Shown: piece by piece, positions 59,276 to 64,000 of the stretch
How the letters are laid out: every line of letters begins with the position of its first letter
Numbering within the stretch: the stretch's first letter is position 1
DNA from: a virus
Taxonomy: Duplodnaviria; Caudoviricetes
Virus record (IMG/VR): IMGVR_UViG_3300033412_000009
Coordinates: 5,434 to 69,433 of that record
Reading direction: 5' to 3' (one strand)
DNA: 64,000 nucleotides
Notes under the pieces: model-generated
What the model was told of the DNA's origin: nothing
Databases searched by the model: none
Seen by the model: only the letters and a program-made list of their open reading frames with translations
Made by a program: the position numbers and the translations under genes

Positions 59276-60148
59276 TCAGGCCGCGACCAGCTCGGCGGCC
59301 AGCCTGGCGGACGGCTTGTCCGCCCAGATCTCCTTGATGAGCCCCACGACGCGCTTGCGCTCGATCAGCGCCCGCCCCGAGATGTACTCGTAGGCGTTGA
59401 TCGCACGGTCGAAGGTCGCCGTGTGGCTGTGCTCCTCGACGATCGCCAGCGCCCAGGCCATGAGCGCGGTCGAGATCGCCGGATGCGCCATCAGCCGCTG
59501 CGGATCGGCGGGCGTGTTCCACAGCCGGAACTCGACGGTGCCGTGCCCACGGTCCGAGATCCACTGACCGCCGAAGGTGCCGATCTCCTCGTTGGTGCGG
59601 TAGTCGCGGTAGGGCGAGTAGACGCAGACGCCGTTGTAGCTGCGGTGACGACCGCAGCCGCCGTCGGCGATCTGGCGCCACAGGTCGCTCTCCGAGGCGA
59701 ACAGCGACATCAGCGCGGCGTTCACCTTCGCCCGCATCTCCGGGATGGGCCACACCTCGCCCCAGCGATCCCGCTGGATGAACTGCTTGGGCCATCCGAC
59801 GTGGACGTGGTTGCCAGCCCCGTAGTCGCCGTCGGGCGTCCAGTCGAGCGTGGCGAGCAGGTCGGGGTACAGCGAGACGAGCTGGCGCATCTCCTGGCGA
59901 TCCCGGACCGACCGGGTCGACAGGATCCGGGAGACGAACTCCGCCGCCACCGAGGAATCGTCCTGGTAGGCGAGCAGCCCGTTCGTGCGGTCGTAGGCGC
60001 AGATCGGGCAGTCACAGTGCGCCTCGTGCCGTCCCCCGTCGTGCAGCGTCAGGCCGTTCCGGTACAGCAGCCGCCTGGCCGCCGTGGTCGAACCGGCGCC
60101 TGCGTTGCGCCCGACTTCCAGCTCGAAGCCGAACTTCAGTGCCTTCAT
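59276..60148 (-). CDS. Putative amidoligase, copy 2
   Basis: FGFELEV, HCDCPIC, DDSSVAAEFVS, AGNHVHVG, HRSYN, TVEFRLWN. Confidence 0.85.
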   Translation of the reverse strand: MKALKFGFELEVGRNAGAGSTTAARRLLYRNGLTLHDGGRHEAHCDCPICAYDRTNGLLAYQDDSSVAAEFVSRILSTRSVRDRQEMRQLVSLYPDLLATLDWTPDGDYGAGNHVHVGWPKQFIQRDRWGEVWPIPEMRAKVNAALMSLFASESDLWRQIADGGCGRHRSYNGVCVYSPYRDYRTNEEIGTFGGQWISDRGHGTVEFRLWNTPADPQRLMAHPAISTALMAWALAIVEEHSHTATFDRAINAYEYISGRALIERKRVVGLIKEIWADKPSARLAAELVAA

Positions 60149-60216
60149 CTTCACTCCTTCCGTTGATGGTGCGCTGCCGTCCACGCGTCGGACGGCAGCG
60201 GACCATCAATGAAGGG

Positions 60217-60843
60217 TCACTTCGTGGCGGGGATCACCCCCGGCACGGTCGCCACTGACACCGCTGGTGCGGTCGTGGTGGTCTCACCAGGGACGGTGGT
60301 CGCGGGGACCGTCGTCACCGGTGTCGTCGTCGTGGTGGTCGCTGGGACCGTGGCGCACACGTAGGGCGCGCCGACCCGACCACGGCTGTCGCCGTTGGCG
60401 GTGAACACGGCCTTGATGTCGATCTGGCCGCAGCCCGTGTTGAAGGTCAACACGACTGGACCGACCGACCCGGCCGGGAACGTGCCTGACACATCCGAGT
60501 CGACCATCAGGCCCTGACCCGACAGGCCCTCGTGCGCCACGACCCGGATCGGGAACGCAGCGGGAGCTGGCTTGTCGAGCGTGTAGGTCACCGTCGAACC
60601 CGCCCCACCGACGGGGACGTTCAACACGACCGTCACCGTGCGCTGCACCGTGCCGAACGTGAAGGTCTTCGAGTTGGTGCATGTCACCGGCGCGGGCTTC
60701 TGGTCCTGGTTGCCGCCACAGAGCGGGAGGCCCTGCAACGGTGTGACCACCTGCGCGGTGTCCGCCTTGCTGACTGACGCAACGCCGAGAGCGGCGACCG
60801 CCGCTACTGACGCCAGGCCGACCAGCACTGAACGTGTCTTCAT
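60217..60843 (-). CDS. Secreted protein with Thr-rich mucin-like tail
   Basis: Signal peptide MKTRSVLVGLASVAAVAALGVASVSKA; four Cys; TTTTTTPVTTVPATT tail ending VIPATK. Confidence 0.75.
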   Translation of the reverse strand: MKTRSVLVGLASVAAVAALGVASVSKADTAQVVTPLQGLPLCGGNQDQKPAPVTCTNSKTFTFGTVQRTVTVVLNVPVGGAGSTVTYTLDKPAPAAFPIRVVAHEGLSGQGLMVDSDVSGTFPAGSVGPVVLTFNTGCGQIDIKAVFTANGDSRGRVGAPYVCATVPATTTTTTPVTTVPATTVPGETTTTAPAVSVATVPGVIPATK

Positions 60844-60901
60844 GGTGCTCCTTCCTCGCGACCACACCGTGTGGCCTGCGATCCCCCAGTATGACTGGAG
60901 A

Positions 60902-61396
60902 TCAGACGACGCTGAGCAGCGCGGGGAGTCGCTTGCCCTGTCGCTGGCACTGGTCCCGGTACACCCGCCACGACGATCCGAGCGGTGTGAGCCGCGGGAT
61001 GAGGTGACGATCGCTCGGGAACACGTACATCCACGCCTTCACCGTGCGATCCCGCCCTCGCAGGACCGCCACCTCCTGGCGGAGGTAGTGCTGCGGGTGG
61101 CCTTCGACCCAGTCGAAGTCCTTCGTGACCTGACCGGCGTCGATGTCGCAGGACGGCCACAGCAGCTCGCCCATGATGAAGTGGTCCGGATCGGGATCGG
61201 GCACCGCGTACGGATACGGGGCCGCCGTGCCGGGCGCTTCGAGCCCGAACAGTTGGTATCCCGTCACGATCAGGTTCTGCTCGATCCGGTCGATTCGATC
61301 GTTCCAGATCGTGGCGTTGCCGAAGCCCGTCATCAGGGAGCCGTACACGAAGAACGGCATGATGCCCTGATGGTGGGGCGCTGGTTCGAGGATCAT
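60902..61396 (-). CDS. Gamma-glutamylcyclotransferase (GGCT/AIG2-like)
   Basis: FFVYGSLMTG, MGEL, DWVEGHPQHYLR, AWMY. Confidence 0.88.
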   Translation of the reverse strand: MILEPAPHHQGIMPFFVYGSLMTGFGNATIWNDRIDRIEQNLIVTGYQLFGLEAPGTAAPYPYAVPDPDPDHFIMGELLWPSCDIDAGQVTKDFDWVEGHPQHYLRQEVAVLRGRDRTVKAWMYVFPSDRHLIPRLTPLGSSWRVYRDQCQRQGKRLPALLSVV

Positions 61397-61408
61397 CCAG
61401 ATCCCTCC

Positions 61409-61533
61409 TTTCCTCTGGTGGAGCGCACGACATGAGTTCGACGTTCAGCCGTCGCTGAGCGGCCGAGCGGACGTCATCAGCATGAGCAACGGTCTGTATC
61501 GACCTGAGCGGTCGTGCGCTCCGCCACAGGAAA
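61409..61533. promoter_or_regulatory. Structured intergenic element: 23-bp imperfect inverted repeat enclosing 79 nt
   Basis: tttcctctggtggagcgcacgac (61409-61431) versus gtcgtgcgctccgccacaggaaa (61511-61533), 2 differences; inner cgttcagc/gctgagcg stem. Confidence 0.6.
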
Positions 61534-61551
61534 GTGGGTAGAGAATGGGTC

Positions 61552-61710
61552 ATGCCAGCGCGTCGGTTCACGAAGAAGGCCAACACGCCGAAGAGGGCTC
61601 GCCAGTGGCAGCACGTCTACGACTCGGTGCGGCGCCACGGGGGATCCCGCGGCGCCGCAATCCGACAGGCGAACGGCGTCGTGAAGCGAGTCGGTCGCCG
61701 TAGTCGCTGA
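61552..61710 (+). CDS. Small basic ChaB-like protein (52 aa, not in track)
   Basis: Hand translation MPARRFTKKANTPKRARQWQHVYDSVRRHGGSRGAAIRQANGVVKRVGRRSR. Confidence 0.55.
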   Translation: MPARRFTKKANTPKRARQWQHVYDSVRRHGGSRGAAIRQANGVVKRVGRRSR

Positions 61711-62067
61711 TCAGGCCGCCGTGGCGTCCGAGGCGACGAACGTCGCGCCGTAGGTGCGATCCAGCGAGCCGAGGCGGAAGTTGCCGTACTTGCGGTTGCC
61801 GCTGGCGTCGGCGGGCGTGGTGCCCCGGTAGCAGTCGTCCGCGACGATGGAATCCGGCATCAGGGGGCCGCACTTCTCGTCCACGATGACGAGCTTCTGG
61901 CCCGGCAGGCGGGTGCAGCTCGTCGCGTCGGCTCCGAGGGCGACGATGGCCGTGCCGTCGGTGGTCTGGCCGCAGTTGGCGGGCTGGCCGATCTGGGGCC
62001 CGGCGCACGCCGCCAGGGCCGTGAACAGCAGCGCTCCCGCGCCCGTTGCGATGGTTCTCTTCCTCAT
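61711..62067 (-). CDS. Predicted Cys-rich lipoprotein
   Basis: MRKRTIATGAGALLFTALAAC lipobox; SD GAGAGGAG. Confidence 0.75.
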   Translation of the reverse strand: MRKRTIATGAGALLFTALAACAGPQIGQPANCGQTTDGTAIVALGADATSCTRLPGQKLVIVDEKCGPLMPDSIVADDCYRGTTPADASGNRKYGNFRLGSLDRTYGATFVASDATAA

Positions 62068-62275
62068 GTTGCTCCTCTCTCAGGGTCCGCGTCCTTGCGG
62101 ATCTGCTATTTCACCGTCCTGGATGTGAGGCCCAGATGAGCCTCACGTTCCAGTTCGATGACGATGGGCCCCTCCGGGGGCTGACGAAGGCGCGTGAAGC
62201 TGCCAGGCCGTCACTTTCGAGCGTCCAGACGGTGTGTCGATACACGTCCGAACACCCCCGGAGGGGGGTCTTGGG

Positions 62276-62578
62276 TCAGTCGACCTTGAAGGGCGGGTCG
62301 ACCTGCACGACGAGGTTGCGCTCCCGCCAGCCCTCGAAGACGTGCTCCTTGGCCAGCGCGTCGACCAGGATGCTCCTGAGCGATACTGCGTCGTGAACGC
62401 CGCTGGAAGCGGGATGCTTGTCGATCACGATGGTGACGTCGTAGCGGTAACGCTCCGGCGTCACGACCGGCTCCTCGGCGTCGACGACGAGGATGCCCTG
62501 GATGTTGTCGCCCTTGCGAAACCGCAGCGAGGGGAAGTCGTCGGACAGTCCGATGGTGATCTTCTGGGTTCGCATCAA
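62276..62578 (-). CDS. Hypothetical protein
   Basis: 100 aa; coupled overlap. Confidence 0.6.
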   Translation of the reverse strand: MMRTQKITIGLSDDFPSLRFRKGDNIQGILVVDAEEPVVTPERYRYDVTIVIDKHPASSGVHDAVSLRSILVDALAKEHVFEGWRERNLVVQVDPPFKVD

Positions 62579-62940
62579 CGGCCGTCCACGATCACGCCCG
62601 TCGGGGCGTTCGAGTCGACCTTGACCTCGGAGCGGTCGACCCGCTGCGGGACGTTCTGGTCATGGCGCACGTTGAACGTCGTGTTGAAGTTCGCAGCGAA
62701 GAACATCGAGGCCGTTGCCAGCGCGACGCAGACGAACGTCATCACGAGACCGCTGCGCCGTAGCCTGCGGCCCCTGTAGTAGCCGTTGGACCTCTCGTCG
62801 TAGCCTGCGTCGTCCATCTCCACCCAGCCGCCGACGAAGGCGCCGACCCCGATGATCGCCAGGATGACGAAGACGACCGTCAGGAAGGTGAAGATGGAGC
62901 CGAGGGCGTTGAGAGCGCCCAGGGACAGTTCTGCGAGCAT
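62575..62940 (-). CDS. Membrane protein (2 TM)
   Basis: Two hydrophobic segments separated by a basic loop. Confidence 0.65.
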   Translation of the reverse strand: MLAELSLGALNALGSIFTFLTVVFVILAIIGVGAFVGGWVEMDDAGYDERSNGYYRGRRLRRSGLVMTFVCVALATASMFFAANFNTTFNVRHDQNVPQRVDRSEVKVDSNAPTGVIVDGR

Positions 62941-63165
62941 GGAAGCTCCTCTCTTGGTCAGCCCCTGCGGGCGACCTTCATGCCCCACCCGAGATGGGCG
63001 AGGTCACGTACGACCACGACGCGCATGCCGTGGTCGATCCGCCGCTCGATGGTCGGCGGACGTCCGGGGGGAGGTTGCGTAGGGGCCATCAGGGCTCCTT
63101 GGTGATGAGTAGGGCCGCGCAGAACAGCAGCGCGGCGATGAGGACGAGGCCGACGGGCAGGCCGT

Positions 63166-63405
63166 TCACGACTTGCGGAACTTCCACCACAGCAGGAGGC
63201 GCCACGTCGTCATGCCTGCCAGCGTGGCGGTGAGCCACAGCTCGATGAAGTGCAGCGGCCCGAGCACCTTGTAGCCCATCACCCAGATGAGGATGAAGAA
63301 CTGGAAGTCCGAGATGAGCCTCTTGCGGAGGCGAGCGAGTTCCTTGGCGTGGTCCCTCTCGAAGAGGCGCTGCTTGGCGTGGCGGTCCTTGTCGCTCAGT
63401 TGCAT
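63166..63405 (-). CDS. Membrane protein
   Basis: MQLSDKDRH..., two TM segments. Confidence 0.55.
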   Translation of the reverse strand: MQLSDKDRHAKQRLFERDHAKELARLRKRLISDFQFFILIWVMGYKVLGPLHFIELWLTATLAGMTTWRLLLWWKFRKS

Positions 63406-63665
63406 TTCGCCGCCAGTTCCCGCACCAGCTCGATGATCTTGAAGTGCGTCTCCTGCCACGGGGCGTGCGTCATGGCGAGCAGTTGCTCGACCTGCCTCAC
63501 CGGGTCAGGGGTGATGTCGGAGATCTGCCCGACGATCACCGTGGCGCGACGATCGGGCGCGAAGGTCGCCTCGATCCTGGCCTCCAGGTTCTTGCGCGTG
63601 ATGGCGATGGTCTTGCCGGACTCATCCCAGGCGACGGTGATGGTGCATTCCTTGCGTCGGGTCAT
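63396..63665 (-). CDS. Hypothetical protein
   Basis: MTRRKECTITVAW...; TGATG coupling. Confidence 0.6.
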   Translation of the reverse strand: MTRRKECTITVAWDESGKTIAITRKNLEARIEATFAPDRRATVIVGQISDITPDPVRQVEQLLAMTHAPWQETHFKIIELVRELAAKCN

Positions 63666-64000
63666 CAGTTCGATCCCTCCCACAGCTTGACGGGTGCGTC
63701 GCCGGTGGTGATGTTGTAGCGCTCACGTAGCGCGGCGGCGATCTGGGCGAACGACCAACCGAGGTCGTCGTTCGCCTTGATCATGTCAGCGAAGCCGTCG
63801 GGCGTCGACAGGACCACGCCGGTGTTCGAGTCGAAGTCGTACCAGGCGGCCACCGAGTCGGGCAGGGCCCATCCCTCCTCGTGGCCGGTCTCGGTGTCGC
63901 GGTAGACGATGAGGTGGGGCTCGTCGATGCGGATGACGTTGGAAGCGTGGTGGGCGATCGCTACCTCGCAGGCGACGCCCAGGCAGCAGTACTCGACGTG
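63665..64000 (-). CDS. Conserved phage protein with CCLGV motif (copy 2, partial)
   Basis: Hand translation from 64000: HVEYCCLGVACEVAI...LPDSVAAWY...ANDDLGWSFAQIAAAL. Confidence 0.75.
   Translation of the reverse strand, partial: HVEYCCLGVACEVAIAHHASNVIRIDEPHLIVYRDTETGHEEGWALPDSVAAWYDFDSNTGVVLSTPDGFADMIKANDDLGWSFAQIAAALRERYNITTGDAPVKLWEGSN

Noticed and set aside
61432-61500. CUGAUGA on the minus strand suggesting a hammerhead ribozyme
   Set aside because: The required GAAA after stem II is absent (UCGAAC) and stems I and III cannot be formed; kept only as a generic structured element
62130-62275. Possible plus-strand ORF or RNA (ORF 62046-62396) and short C/G-run hairpins
   Set aside because: No convincing start context or motif; probably a promoter/terminator spacer

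Overview
High-GC (about two-thirds G+C by eye) tailed dsDNA phage genome segment, siphovirus type. The host is probably an actinobacterium: there is a WhiB gene, many apparently leaderless genes, and no LysB esterase, which fits a non-mycolata host. Layout: 1-9.8 kb mostly leftward accessory genes, including three lipoproteins, a coupled six-gene glycosylation operon (GT4, SAM methyltransferase, NAD-epimerase, DUF616-like GT, two GT2), a DNA methyltransferase, a HicA-like gene and an HNH nuclease. 9.9-12 kb replication initiator with an internal origin and a helicase-loader-like gene. 12-37 kb head and tail module: portal, protease, separate hexamer- and pentamer-type capsid proteins, tail tube, frameshifted chaperone, 1839-aa tape measure, a hub protein carrying a LAGLIDADG-like domain plus FN3 repeats, a collagen fibre and a 25-repeat Thr/Ser protein. 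37-40 kb lysis (M15 peptidase, DUF1906-type hydrolase, holins). 40-44 kb further virion proteins. 44-48 kb RusA, WhiB and terminase, far from the portal. 48-64 kb leftward early genes: Rad52-like annealase and YqaJ exonuclease, tRNA-Cys with an adjacent structured RNA, an SLT lipoprotein, and an amidoligase x2 / class-II glutamine amidotransferase / gamma-glutamylcyclotransferase cluster. No integrase, polymerase, rRNA or CRISPR array was seen. All family calls are motif recognition by eye; no database search was run.
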